DNA of 64,000 bases from Macrostomum lignano. Taxonomy: Eukaryota. The translations under genes and the position numbers were made by a program. Of the stretch, positions 63,695 to 64,000 are shown piece after piece (the first letter of the stretch is position 1; each line of letters opens with the position of its first letter). Below the pieces are notes generated by a model. The model saw only the letters and a program-made list of their open reading frames with translations. It was not told the origin of the DNA and made no database searches. The stretch is taken from NCBI GenBank assembly GCA_002269645.1, contig NIVC01001629.1:124001-188000 (forward strand), in the 5' to 3' direction.

Positions 63695-64000
63695 CCTCGC
63701 AGGTCAGCTTAGCAGCTGCCTTGAGGCACAACAGAAGCGAGGATTGATTATCCATCGCAGGTCAGCTTATCAGCTGCCTTGAGCCACAACAGAAGCGAGG
63801 ATTGATTATCCATCGCAGGTCAGCTTATCAGCTGCCTTGAGCCACAACAGACGCGAGGATTGATTATCCATCGCAGGTCAGCTTATCAGCTGCCTTGAGT
63901 CCCAACAGAAGCGAGGATTGATTATCCATCGCAGGTCAGCTTATCAGCTGCCTTGAGTCCCAACAGAAGCGAGGATTGATTATCCATCGCAGGTCAGCTT
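63695..64000. repeat. Tandem repeat, 58-bp unit, running off the window end
   Basis: tcgcaggtcagcttatcagctgccttgagccacaacagaagcgaggattgattatcca; related to single-copy sequence at about 63228-63285. Confidence 0.93.

Overview
Eukaryotic (metazoan) genomic DNA; I found no prokaryotic features. AT-rich intergenic DNA, GC-rich exons and introns filled with mini- and microsatellites suggest a flatworm such as Macrostomum lignano (inference only). Genes reconstructed by hand from GT-AG splice sites: two tandem PQ-loop (SLC66-type) membrane-protein paralogs (+), a complete 8-exon alpha-type cation-selective nicotinic acetylcholine receptor subunit (+, about 601 aa), a C10orf53/UPF0728 homolog (-), a Sel1-repeat (DELE1-like?) gene (-), and the 5' part of an uncharacterised Pro-rich/helical protein gene (+). 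Mobile DNA: an intact, young Ty3/Gypsy LTR element (LTRs, TSD, tRNA-Ser PBS, single gag-pol ORF) inserted into a minisatellite in a Sel1-gene intron, a decayed multi-exon KDZ/Zisupton-like transposase, a hAT MITE with a perfect 8-bp TSD next to a frameshifted hAT-like transposase remnant, and other repeat fragments. The most unusual patterns are intronic tandem repeats whose units contain or continue the adjacent splice signals, the mosaic identity and extra TM helices of the PQ-loop pair, and the KDZ fossil. Most long ORFs in the supplied track are translations of tandem repeats. All coordinates and alignments are by eye; no database searches were run.
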